62,000 nucleotides of DNA, from assembly GCA_013239625.1 (NCBI GenBank), contig MU054117.1, positions 124,001 to 186,000 on the forward strand. The letters run 5' to 3'. Positions 51,132 to 62,000 of this stretch are shown here, in pieces. The position numbers were made by a program, and so were the translations under genes. Each line of letters opens with the position of its first letter. The first letter of the stretch is position 1. The DNA comes from Lama guanicoe (Eukaryota). Below the pieces are notes generated by a model that saw only the letters and a program-made list of their open reading frames with translations, made no database searches and was not told the DNA's origin.

Positions 51132-52078
51132 GTTGGTGTAGATGCCTCCAAAACAGTAAGGATAGACATTTAATAATTGCCTGAGATCTGTTTCTCTGTG
51201 GGTTTGGTGGGGGTGGTCATTGGGTGATAACAAAACAGTGCATCACCATGGGCTTTGCCCCTGTGCTCTCTCTTCACTCCGGGACTTGGTCTGGGCACAG
51301 TGCTCCCACATCGCTGTGTCCTGCCCCAGGGCCTTCTGTCCTTGTTTCAGTGACTGGGCAGCCCTCTTGCCTCCCGCCTGCCCTCCTTCAGCCCTTCTCC
51401 GCACGTGGCTCCATGTGGTGCTGCTTGACGCCGTGAGCTCTTGGTTGGGAGCTCTGGATTATTGAGAACCTGACTTTAGCTGTTGAGTGTCTTTTTCCTG
51501 AGTTTGTTTGATTTTGAAGTGGACAGTCTCAAAGGGGTGAGATTGTTATAAGACAGCTTGTGAATAGATTAACTTAGATATTTTGCCGCAACAAAAATGT
51601 GTGGCAAATTTCAGTTCTCTGTTCTTTAGAACCTGACTTCTTCCCCTTACATCTATTTTTTAGATTAATTGAATTAAAAAGTACGTAGTGGCCCCTCTGC
51701 TGCCGGGCATCTGTCTGTCCTGCTCGTAGGAGTCTTGAGGGCTCTGTAGTCACCTTAATGGCTCTCAGGGAGGTTCCCCCAAGAGCTGGAGGGTGACCTC
51801 CCCTTCTCCCTACCCTCCTGTTTCTGCTCACAATTGCTTGTCATCATTAGGATCACAGGTGTCAGGTGAGCACAGAGCAGTGCAAGGGTAACCAGAGTCC
51901 GCCTCTGATCGTGAACGAGCGTGCTGGCAGTGCGCTCGGGCTCACACACTTTTCTGTTTCCTCCTTCCCTCCCTGGGGGCCCACAGCTCTGCTGTCTGTG
52001 GACCAGGACAGGCTTTCTGGCTGCCCTAACTGACCCTCTTCTCAGCAAACCCTTATGTGCACGTCTGTTCTGTTGCAG

Positions 52079-52179
52079 GGATTGATTTGGAAAACATCGT
52101 CTACTATAAAGATGACACGCACTATTTTGTTATGACAGCCAAAAAGCAGAGTTTACTGGACAAAGGAGTGATACTGCAT
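52079..52179 (+). CDS. MICAL3: MICAL3 coding exon 6
   Basis: ttctgttgcag|GG; (G)[33 protein letters not shown]; donor CAT|gtgagt; 101 nt. Confidence 0.97.
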
Positions 52180-52361
52180 GTGAGTCATGGATTTCTTTTA
52201 AACCTCCTTTTATGTTGTGCTGGGTCACGTGATTACCAAAAGACAGAATTTTATTGCCTGATGCGTTTTTCCTGCGAGGGAATGAAAATGAGTGTCCTGC
52301 TCATCTCCAGGGACCATGTACTCCGTATTCCTCAGACATTTTTAGTTTAACTTAAAAAAAA

Positions 52362-52585
52362 AAAATCTTTCATTATGTGAATTTTCAAGTGTGAACAAAA
52401 ATCGAGAAAATCATATAATGAACCCCCATGTGCCTTTTATCCAGCTTTAACAGTTAGCAGTTACCAACACGTGAGGCCAATATTGTTTCAGTGGTACCCC
52501 GCCCACTCCCCATTCCCTACTCCCACTGTTGGGTTGTCCCAAAGCAAATCTCAGAAATCATTTTGTGTGTAAATATTCAGTTTAA
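52362..52585 (-). mobile_element. Old L1 (L1MC-like) 3' end fragment
   Basis: tttcattatgtgaattttcaag...atataatgaacccccatgtgcc...ccagctttaacagtta...ggccaatattgtttca...aaagcaaatctcaga. Confidence 0.7.
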
Positions 52586-54276
52586 TTTGGGGTGATTTGG
52601 TTTGTGGTTATGGTAAATTCCATACATGACCGATTATTGGTTGGTTAATAGGTTATCTTTTAGAAAGGGGTGAAAGAAGGGAGTTTGACTGAGAAGCAGT
52701 AATTGGTGTTTCTCGGAGCCTGAGAATGGTCTGATTTTCCTATAGATACGGTTACTGAGGTCCAGGGACCACTGCCTGGATAGGGCTGGATTCAGACCTC
52801 CTTCTGGCCTAACGGGGCCCTGGTTCACCCATGGTCAGGTCCAACTAAGCCTCTTTTGGAGAAGACTGACTGTATGACATTCCTTGAGATGATGATCTGA
52901 ATGTGAGGTCAGAACCACAGGTGGATGGTTCCTCAGGGAGAGTTTCTTGAGTCTTATTTGGTCTTGTTGGTCTGGATTTGCAAATTACTGTCGTCTGTGA
53001 TGAGTGGATGGAAGAGGCCTTGGATATGCTGATTCAGGCCTGTGCAGTTCCACCGGAGACACACAGCTGAGTTTCAGGGCGTCCTGAATTACACTGTTGC
53101 CCTGTCTGAGAGCAGTGCTGGGGGCGCAGCATCCTCTCGCTCTTGAGCCTCGAAGCTGTCTCTCGGCCTCGTGCTCCTTGGTGCACGTGAGGAAGACGGG
53201 CCATTCTGCCTGAAGCACGGTCAGCATGTACTTAGCTGGACGCTTTATCAGTGAGAAGTAGCTAGTGCATGTGCCTCAGGACCAAGTCAGTCTTAAATCT
53301 GCTGTCTCAGCCAGGATTGTGGTTATCAGCTGTCACTATGTGGGAACGATCTGGAATGCCGAGACCTGATTCACTTCTCCTTTTTATTTATTTTTTTTAG
53401 AGGGCAGGGAGCCATGCGTTCTGTGTGTGCTGCTAAATCCTGAACCCATGGTGGCCACCTACTCAGTGTTGAACAAACAGTTTCCAGGACCAACCTGAGT
53501 GTTTGTGTTTGGCTTTTACATCTTGTAGTGGCCACTGAAGTACCATCAGGGACACTTGGAGGGCTTAGGCCCCACTTGAAGAGAAGAAGGACCTGGCTCA
53601 GTGTGCCAGGAACCTCCAGAACAGAAAAGGGCTTCTCAGTGCCCCCCCCACGGAAGCCCTTCCCCTTCCTCTTTCTCGCATGGTTTTCCTTTGTTGGTGG
53701 GTTACTGCGGTGTCTTCCAGAACCTCGTGTGTCTTTTGAAAACCTCTGTCCATTTTCAGTGTGTGTCTTCCTCGCCCCTGGGCGGCTGCTGCTCCCACCT
53801 ACACATCTCTGTAGCACTGAAGCTTTTGGGTTCTTCCTTTGGGTTTGATGAGTTGTGCAAGGCTGAGTGTCTTGTGGGGGTCCAGTTGCTGCCCAGAAGA
53901 TGACAGTTGCCAATAGCAACATCAGCTATGAAATGCTTTTCAGTTTACAAAGCACCATCACATAAATCATTTTATTTGGTATTCAGAACAACGCCGTGAG
54001 GTGGATTGGATTGGACTGAATAAGCAGTGACTTGCTCCAAGTAAAGGGAAAAGCTGGGACTGTTTTTAGGCCTTGAAACCTGTGTTCCTTTAGAAACAGC
54101 CTCCCCCTTTTCTTTTTAATTTGCATGAAAGACTTCTTTTGAAATGTGGAGTCACTTTAGGGGGGAGGGAAGGCTTTGGGACTAGAGGGTGTCTGATGTG
54201 CAGTGTGGCCAGGGCTGGTAGGCTGGTACGTCCCACCTGGGCTTTTCCATCCAGCTGCTTCTCTCTCTGGAGACAG

Positions 54277-54534
54277 GACTACGCCGACACTGAGCTCTTG
54301 CTCTCCCGGGAGAACGTGGACCAAGAGGCTCTGCTGAACTATGCCAGGGAGGCCGCGGACTTCTCCACCCAGCAGCAGCTGCCGTCCCTGGACTTTGCCA
54401 TCAATCACTATGGACAGCCCGACGTGGCCATGTTCGACTTCACGTGCATGTACGCCTCTGAGAACGCAGCTCTGGTGCGGGAGCACAATGGACACCCGTT
54501 GTTAGTGGCTCTAGTTGGGGACAGCCTACTAGAG
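54277..54534 (+). CDS. MICAL3: MICAL3 coding exon 7 (GD motif)
   Basis: ctctctggagacag|[23 protein letters not shown]...[12 protein letters not shown]; donor GAG|gtgcgt; 258 nt. Confidence 0.97.
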
Positions 54535-54888
54535 GTGCGTATTGAGAGTTAAGGATGGCAGTGATTTATTTGAGAGGAAGTAGTAAGGAGGCATGTTGAT
54601 TAGGAAAGAATCTGGGATCCGGGACTGTGGAGGGAGCACCTGCATCTTGTGTAGTGCAGGCGTACCCAGCGGCGGGGGAGTGTTCCAGGCCCCGGCAGCC
54701 CGACTTGCTCAGTGCAGGTGGAAATCCTGCAACTTTTGTGACTTGCCCCCCTGCCAGTGAGTGAAGTAGAAGGCCAAGTATCTGCACAGTAGCCAAAACC
54801 TACTCTCAACAGCAAACTCTTTGCTCCTTAGTTTATTTCCCTCTTTTAAAAGGCAGTTTATGTTAATTCTTTGTTTGCTCTTTCGTAG

Positions 54889-55004
54889 CCTTTTTGGCCG
54901 ATGGGAACAGGAATAGCCCGGGGCTTCCTAGCTGCTATGGACTCGGCCTGGATGGTGCGAAGTTGGTCTCTAGGAAGGAGCCCCTTGGAAGTCCTGGCAG
55001 AGAG
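54889..55004 (+). CDS. MICAL3: MICAL3 coding exon 8
   Basis: ctctttcgtag|[41 protein letters not shown]; donor AG|gtaatg; 116 nt. Confidence 0.97.
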
Positions 55005-55962
55005 GTAATGGGAGAAGTCCTTCCCAGATGAAAGGGGGGTGTGAGTGTGTGCTCTTCAGGCAGAGTTCAAGTTCCCTCTTTCTTCTCTCCCTTCCTTTCT
55101 TCATTAAAGAGTTTTCATATTTGAGAGAGGAGAGGCAAGATATTTATTCATAAAATCATAGAAACTAAAAGATGATCTAATCCAAGTGATGTTCTCTCAG
55201 CCCTTTCCACATCAGATGTGTTACTGACGAGCGTTATCTGAATCTTTGTATACCACTGAAGGATGCTGTCTGATTCCTTTGTGATGGTTACATGAGCAAA
55301 TAACTTAAAATTTTTGCATTAAATCCTCTTGTCCTTAAACTAGAAAGACTTAACACTAATAAAATTGGTGTGGTAGCAGGAGGTGTACTAACATAAGAGA
55401 AGAAATTAAACCTGACTTTGAATTCAAAGGAGAACACCAGACTGCTTGTAAAGTTCTCAAACTCCCAAGAGTGAGATATTTTGAAGCAGATAATTGCAAA
55501 TGAGGTAAGACCCAGGATTTGCTTGCTGACGAAGAACAAATACCTTGACCAGAAGAACTAGAGAACCAGCATGTCCTAGATGAAATTAGTGACTGATGTT
55601 TAAGTCTGTTACTTAAGTTACTCAGGGTAAATTTGATGGCAGGTTCTTTTTCCATCAGTGATTTTTTTTATTAAAAAATTTAATATTGGCACACTTGAAA
55701 AAACAAAACAGTAAATTAGTTGTGTTAGAGTCAGGCTTTGACAACCCTGCCCGACCAGAGTCCGTGCCCTTCTTGTCTGGTGCCTGTGGGATCGCTGAGG
55801 AGGTGGGACTGGGAAGCCAGGGCTGACAGAGAGCTGCAGGAGGAGGGTCTGTCCTGTCCTTCAGATATTTGGGGGACAGTCAAACATAGAAATACCATCA
55901 CAGGAGAGGGAGTGTTTATGGTGCTGTCACTGCTCTGAGTGTAGGGTTGTATGTTGTTGCAG

Positions 55963-56089
55963 GGAAAGCATTTATAGGTTGCTGCCTCAGACCACCCCTG
56001 AGAATGTGAGTAAGAACTTCAGCCAGTACAGCATAGACCCTGTCACCAGATACCCCAACGTTAACGTCAACTTCCTCCGGCCAAGCCAG
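55963..56089 (+). CDS. MICAL3: MICAL3 coding exon 9 (end of monooxygenase domain)
   Basis: tgttgttgcag|G; (R)[42 protein letters not shown]; donor CAG|gtaaga; 127 nt. Confidence 0.97.
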
Positions 56090-57091
56090 GTAAGAGCCTT
56101 CAGGTTGGTCATCTGTGTCCGAGCCTGTGGTCGGGACTGACCGACCCTGACGTGCTGAAAAATGTCTGTTAATACCAGCACACAGCAGCCCTTCACAGTC
56201 GAAGTAGGTGTCTTCCTGAGTTGGCTGGAGTAGGGATTTTTCCGTCAGCAGACACTGCAGCTCAGGCAGAGGGTCATTGAGTTGGCAGAAGATCAGATGT
56301 GGCAGAAACGTTGGCTGCAGGGCCTGGTACCCGTCTCCCGATGCTGCAGCTTGGCAGAAAGTGCACTTGTCACCCGTCGGGACACGCACTGTACACCTAC
56401 CTGCACTGCTGTCTCCAGTCACTGCTGTGGGAGGTCACTGCACTTGGACTGAACATCTGTTTTTTCGTCTGTGAAATGGAGATACTAATCCCTGCTACTC
56501 ACAGGATCATTTTGAGGGCAAACAGTGCTGTTCACTGGAAAAAACTTTGGAAGATAGGACAGTCTCTCCAAGTAGAAGATACCGTTGGCTGATTTTTTTG
56601 TGCTACTGAGTACTTTCTCAGGATGTCTAAAACCTTGTTACTGCATTGAGAATAACAGTTTGCAAAGCACAGTAATCCCAAAGAACCCAACAATTTTTAG
56701 AAAGCAGCCCATTCAACCTTTTTGCCTCTGTTCACTTTCTACCTGAAGTTGGTGCCTGCGCCTTCCGTGCTTGTGGGTGGTCATTCGTTAAAGCGTCTAG
56801 GAAACCCGCTGTTGATGGGGGCAGCAGTGGTCCCACAGGGACTTCAGAGGGGCCTCCGTGGCTGAGTATCTCGTTCTTAACACAAGATCTTACAGTTACT
56901 GTGCATTTATTTTTGTGTAAGCCACCACCTTCCAGGACAGATTTAAAGGTCACCATTACGACTTCTGTCTAAACGTTGCCCACTCGCTGTCCCAGCTTTT
57001 CATCTCGGCCATTCTGCTCTCAGGTGGGAATTTGTTACTTGGTGTTTGATTTTCCTCCTTTATGACTCGTGACTCATGAACTTTCTGCCAG

Positions 57092-57188
57092 GTGCGTCAC
57101 TTATATGACACTGGAGAAACGAAAGACATTCACCTGGAAATGGAGAATCTGGTGAATTCCCGAACTACGCCCAAGGTGGCTCGCAATG
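57092..57188 (+). CDS. MICAL3: MICAL3 coding exon 10 (monooxygenase-CH linker)
   Basis: ctttctgccag|GTG; VRHLYDTGETKDIHLEMENLVNSRTTPKVARN; donor G|gtgagt; 97 nt. Confidence 0.95.
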
Positions 57189-57272
57189 GTGAGTCCTGGT
57201 AATGACCTTTTCAGATGCAGGTAACCGTCCAGAGCATCTGTCTGATTCACTGAGCTGGGAGCATACACACGG

Positions 57273-57456
57273 CAGTGGTTCCCCACCAGGGGTGACTGTG
57301 CCCCCGGGGGACGTTGGGTGGGTGGTGTCTGGAGGCATTTTGGTTGTCAGGACTGGAGCAGGTGCTACTGCTCTGCTCCCTGTCGTGCACAGGTCAGCCC
57401 CACAATGAAGAATTTTCCTCCAAAAATACCAGTAGTGTTGAGGCTGGGAAACCTGG
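57273..57456. mobile_element. MER20 hAT MITE
   Basis: cagtggttccccaccaggggtgactgtgccccc...tgtctggaggcattttggttgtca...gtgctactg...tgcacaggtcagccccacaatgaagaatt...gaggctgggaaacctg follows the recalled MER20 consensus. Confidence 0.85.
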
Positions 57457-59328
57457 TCTAAGGTGTCACGAGAGTACAAAGAGAAATCAGTTACAGGTGC
57501 TGTTGAAAGGTGCAGAGAGAGGGTGCTGATGAGCACACAAACGCCACCCGAAGTTTTGTGGGAAGAAGCCCAGGGACCACGACATCACAGGACCCAGTGA
57601 TGGTGGAGGCCATGCTGCACCTTGTGTTCTATAATGAGAGTGACCTGGTCAGCTGTATGTCAGGTGGGGTGGGAGAGGGAACCTGGGGGCAGGAGACGAG
57701 TTGGAGGCACGTTGTTGAGGCCAGGCTGACCAGTCTGGTGCTGACACTGGAGGGGAGCAGGGAGAAGACGTGGCCAGTCCCAGCCACACTGGCTGCGAGG
57801 CAGGTGGCTCGGCAGGATGCTTCTCCTCTCCGCACTTGGGTTTCCATGTCTGTGAAATAGGGTCACGGTGCTTCCCTCACTCTGTGGTCCTGAGGACTCT
57901 GACCTATTGGGGTGTTTATTTCAGTGCCTGGCATCTAGCAGGGGGGTCACTGCCAGTTTTACTTCTGAGAGCAAGTGTATTAAGGAGGCGGAGTCGACAG
58001 GCGTTGGCAGTCTGAACAAGGACGTGGGGTTGAGAAGGTTTGAGTTCTGTTTGGGGCATTTTGAATTTGATATACTGTTGGGGTGTCAAGGCGAGTGTGA
58101 CCACCAGCAGGCAGCTGGAAACATCTTCATCTTCCTCCACTGGGGTGTCATCTCCTTGAGAGCCAAGAGTGTGTCTTTGTTCACTGTTATTCTGGAGCCT
58201 GGAGTATTGAAGTCGTCCAGCACATACTGGATCCATGGATACACAGACTTGGGAAACATCCAAGTGAAGTTACTTTCTGAAGCCAAGAGGTTGATGGTGA
58301 TGATACCAGCAGTGGTTCTGTGTCATTTCAGAACACATTTTCCCTGAAAGACTGATTAAATGAAATGCGATTTTTATGATACGTGTTTTTTATCTTGTTA
58401 TGTTCACAAATTACTGAAGACTTAGTACAAGGTTAAATATTTTCAGCTGCCTAAAGTAAGGAACAGACTTTCTTGGACACAAAGAGGTGTTCACAGATTC
58501 CTCTGAATGCCCTGTATCAGAGCTCTTGGATGCAGTTAAGAAAAGCAGATTTTTACACAGGCACTTCATGGTTTGCAAGGCATGAGTGACTGGAAGACGT
58601 TCAGGTTTGTGTGTGTATGCGTTGAGGTTTTCAAGACATGTTGATTTAGTCACACATGGACATGAACATGGATGCGTGTCTCAGAAAGTGACACGGAAAT
58701 CCAAGTTCAGGGACACTAAGTGTTCTATCCAGACACTGACTGTCCAGCTGGCCGGGAGGATCCTTCTGGTTTGGGTTCTTGGCCTTGCCATCCTGATCCT
58801 AGAGCTTCTTTGCCTTTCAGACAGCTCGGTGCCTTGGAAGGTGTAGGTCAAGAGTAACGTGCTGCTAGCTAGAGGGGACCCTTTCTCCTGTGTCCTCCCA
58901 GTGTTACTCTGAAAGGAAGACCTTTGCTCCGCCAGCTGCCAGGCAACATTCCAGAGAGATCTTGGAGCTGCCACACGTGAGGGTGACAGCTCACTAGGTG
59001 ACACCCTTCCCTCCAAGTCAGTGTCCAGGAGAGCCACAGGGACCATGGGCTTCAGCCTGAGAGCGTCCAGGTCACCAGCTTGTGAACTGTCATTCCCGTG
59101 GGGGTGGGAGCATTGACCTCAGAGTCTGGATAAATTGGTAGTTTCTTGCCTACCTTAAATTCCACTATCGTACCAGTTACATAGCTTCTTACTTTTAAAA
59201 AAACCAGTGACTACTGTTTAGTCTCTGCCTTCAGTAATTTTTCAAACTGGGTATGTGTCCACAGAGTGTATTCTATATTGGATCTACCAGATGACCACAC
59301 TTCCAGTAATCATGTTGTTGTTGTTTAG

Positions 59329-59476
59329 AGTCTGTGGCCCGCTCAAGCAAATTGCTGAGCTGGTGCCAGAGGCAGACGGACGGCTATGCTGGGGTGGACG
59401 TGACGGACCTCACCACATCGTGGAAGAGCGGCCTGGCCCTGTGTGCCATTATCCACAGATACCGCCCCGACCTGAT
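59329..59476 (+). CDS. MICAL3: MICAL3 coding exon 11 (CH domain, first half)
   Basis: ttgttgtttag|AG; (E)[48 protein letters not shown]; donor AT|gtgagt; 148 nt. Confidence 0.97.
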
Positions 59477-61309
59477 GTGAGTCCGGACTCTGCTTCGTTG
59501 ACGTTCCCTACGGGTCTCTGCATACCCTGCTGTCAAACAGCCACGTTTTGTGCTTTTTCTAGTTTGAGATACATGATGAGGTATTTTCTTTAAACATCAG
59601 TGATTCCTTTTGGTTTAGTTATACTTAAAACGGTGTCTTTCAGGCCTTATGTAGCTCATAGCTCAACCCAGGAATGGCTAGCTGAGTGTTTTAAAACACA
59701 GCGCTCAGAAAGTCAAAACCTGATTGTGACACCTGGCCAAACCTGTTACCTTCACACGGAGGAAGACTGCCCATCGGCCTCAGGTTGAGCTCTTCATCCA
59801 GCTGCTTTGTCCTGCGCTGCTGGTCGTGAGGAGAGCCTGGCCCAGCGTGTGGCTGCAGGCACGTGTGTCAGAGCAGCTAGCGGTGCACACTTACTCGCTT
59901 TCCTATGGTCTCTTGGTCTTGTCCCTTGTTGAGGACTGCACTTTCTGCAGGCGTACTCTGTTGGGCCCATGAAACTCAGATTGCCTTTTCCCCCTCCAGT
60001 ACCATTTTCTCCTTTGGCCATTCCGTACTTAGGGCAGGACAGCCCTGGGCCACCGTGGTGACCAGTGCACTCAGACTTTCCCATAGGCGTCTGCTACCTT
60101 GGAAGATTCAGAAGCAGCAGCAGAGTGTGTGCGACTGTTTTGGCTTTAGGTCTGCTTACGGGCCCAATTTTTGTGTTCGTTTTGTTTTAGTGATTGCTTG
60201 AAGAACCCTAAAAGACACAGTTCCCATTTACATTAGGTGTTAAGTTAATGAGGTAAAAGCTAGTAAAAACAGCCTTGTGCTTAGGAATGGGGACTCTGAG
60301 TGCCTTGAATGAAGGTAAGTGACCTCTCGTGCCCTGTCCCTTAGCTCAGTCAGAGGTGAGTAAAGAGTAGGGCTCAGTCACCCCACAAAGGGGTTAGGAG
60401 ATGCCAGTGAGGCCCTTCTGCTCAGGAAGGAAGGCAGGACAGAAGGGGGATGGCACAGGGCACTGAATGGAGCCTGCAGTGGGATGAGGGCACTTTCCTG
60501 CTGGAATGGACCCAAGACTGCCGGACAGGCCCCGCCTCGGAGCTGTGAGCGGCCAACTTGGCACCGTTCTGGCTGCAGTGACTCCATTCAGGATGAGGCC
60601 GCTATGGTTTACTAGGATTAATATACAGAGTAAAGCAGTTTTAAAACCTAGAAAACTGTTACAGAGTCAGTAAGTGAACTTGGAATAGGGCCTGCCTGGT
60701 TACCTGACACCTGAATTATCCAGCTCAGGAAGAACGCGGCCAATCTTTACTTGACTGAATAGCAAGAAGCTTGAAGCCCAGTGGGAAATGTTTGTTAGTC
60801 TGAATTCTTGGGAAAATTCAGGAAATTTAGCAACGGAAAAATCTTTAGAGGAAAGTTGTGGAATTTCCCTTTGAGTGGAAGGCTCAGTATGATTTACCAG
60901 AGCTGATGAGCACACCAGCGGCTCGTCAGCTCCAGAGACATGGTGATGGTTCCCAGCTTCAGGAGCAGTTTGATCAAGTGGGCTTTTCCTCATGATTGAA
61001 TGCAAGTCTAAGACATGCATATCACACACTGGCTGCAAGAGGGCACCTAATAAAAAACCTCCTTACCTTGAGCTTATATTTTAGTAAGAAATTTATCTTA
61101 CTGGGAAAACGAGGGGCGTTTTCCCATTTCTCCCCTTTTCTTTCATGGGGAGACCTTCAGTCCTTCTCCTTGAAAATAATTTGCATCCTGTCAGTAAAGG
61201 AAGGAGACGAACCGGTGAGGCAGACAGGTTTGCTCTTGGAGTGCAGGGAGGCCCTGTGCCCCAGGTCGAACGGCCCATCCTGACGTGCTGTCCTCGTCCT
61301 GTTTCTCAG

Positions 61310-61506
61310 AGACTTTGATTCTTTGGATGAGCAAAATGTGGAGAAGAATAACCAGCTGGCCTTTGATGTGGCTGAGAAGGAGCTGGGCATTTCTCCCATC
61401 ATGACAGGCAAGGAGATGGCCTCGGTGGGGGAGCCGGACAAGCTGTCCATGGTGATGTACCTGACCCAGTTCTACGAGATGTTCAGGGACGCACTCCCAT
61501 CCCGAG
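61310..61506 (+). CDS. MICAL3: MICAL3 coding exon 12 (CH domain, second half)
   Basis: cctgtttctcag|A; (I)[65 protein letters not shown]; donor G|gtaagg; 197 nt. Confidence 0.97.
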
Positions 61507-61876
61507 GTAAGGGCGCTGCCCTCCACACCCTTCTTGCGGCTTCCCTGTCTCTTCTCCTGGCCCCGCCTGTGCCGCTGAGCAGACGCGCACTTTCCCTGCT
61601 CCCTGGCCAGCTGTCAGGGCGAGTCCCTGGGGCCCTGCTCCGCAATTGTTCCGCCTTTCCTCTGACACAGGTCTTTGCCATGAACCCTACAGATGTGTGC
61701 GGCTGTGAGCATTCCTGTCCGGGATCTTTTCCTTGACTCCACCACCTTCTTTCCCTTTCTCTTGGAACCAGCCTCTTGTGAAACTGCCTCGTCTTGGTCT
61801 CACTGCAGCGCAGCCTCTGCGACGCTGCTCCGCCAGGCTGTTCTCTGTGGTTGCAAGAAGCCCCCACAGCCACGTT

Positions 61877-61915
61877 CTCCCCTCCTCCCCTCCTCCCCTC
61901 CTCCCCTCCTCCCTC
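61877..61915. repeat. (CTCCCCTC)4.9 pyrimidine tandem repeat
   Basis: Four perfect 8-mers plus CTCCCTC. Confidence 0.9.
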
Positions 61916-62000
61916 ATCTTTTCTGCCCTGTTCAGACCTTTCTCTTGACATTCTCTCTTCCTCTTGACATCTGTGACCTTGGACGGCACTGGCCTCATTC

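Larger units (their letters stand above)
46214..61506 (+). other. MICAL3: MICAL3 gene, 5' coding part (12 coding exons, partial; continues beyond window)
   Basis: 12 exons with canonical AG/GT ends and matching phases (264+208+117+102+156+101+258+116+127+97+148+197 = 1891 nt) give a stop-free protein [29 protein letters not shown]...[19 protein letters not shown], recognised as MICAL3 (monooxygenase plus CH domain). Confidence 0.97.

Noticed and set aside
57868..58347. 159-aa ORF and overlapping antisense ORFs in the intron after coding exon 10
   Set aside because: Starts in a MIR-like fragment, has no recognisable homology and is not needed for the exon 10-11 phase match
46214..61506. Assignment to MICAL1, MICAL2 or a pseudogene
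   Set aside because: Peptides such as [18 protein letters not shown] and [28 protein letters not shown] match recalled MICAL3; introns are present, all splice sites are canonical and the frame is intact
46145..61951. Antisense ORFs overlapping exons (46145-46438, 54157-54495, 61157-61526)
   Set aside because: Shadow ORFs produced by the codon structure of the MICAL3 exons
1..62000. A novel multi-gene system, CRISPR array or prokaryote-type locus
   Set aside because: The sequence is explained as one spliced mammalian gene plus interspersed repeats; no repeat-spacer array or clustered long ORFs are present

Overview
Mammalian genomic DNA, most likely a camelid (alpaca, llama or camel), judged from a tRNA-Ala-derived Vic-1-type SINE at 12720-12864 and the absence of recognisable ruminant, pig or primate SINEs. 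The whole window appears to lie inside the + strand gene MICAL3, an F-actin methionine monooxygenase. Bases 1-46143 are the distal part of a very long 5'-UTR intron; no CpG-island promoter is visible. From 46144 to 61506 there are 12 consecutive GT-AG coding exons that splice in frame into 1891 nt (630 codons plus 1 nt). They encode the FAD monooxygenase domain (GAGPCG, DG and GD motifs) and the calponin-homology domain, and the gene continues past the window end. The rest is ordinary intronic repeat landscape (L1, L2, MIR, LTR, hAT/Tigger MITEs, microsatellites). Almost all ORFs in the supplied track are chance ORFs. I found no support for a new gene system. The best second-look items are hypotheses about RNA processing: a candidate 10-nt ATG-bearing 5'-UTR microexon, an intronic poly(A) site, in-frame alternative acceptors and a reconstituted 5' splice site. 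Others are an inverted L1 pair, a 103-nt poly-T tract and several enhancer/promoter-like motif clusters. Repeat family names and human comparisons are from memory, not from a database search, and repeat boundaries are approximate unless target-site duplications (TSDs) or terminal inverted repeats (TIRs) are quoted.
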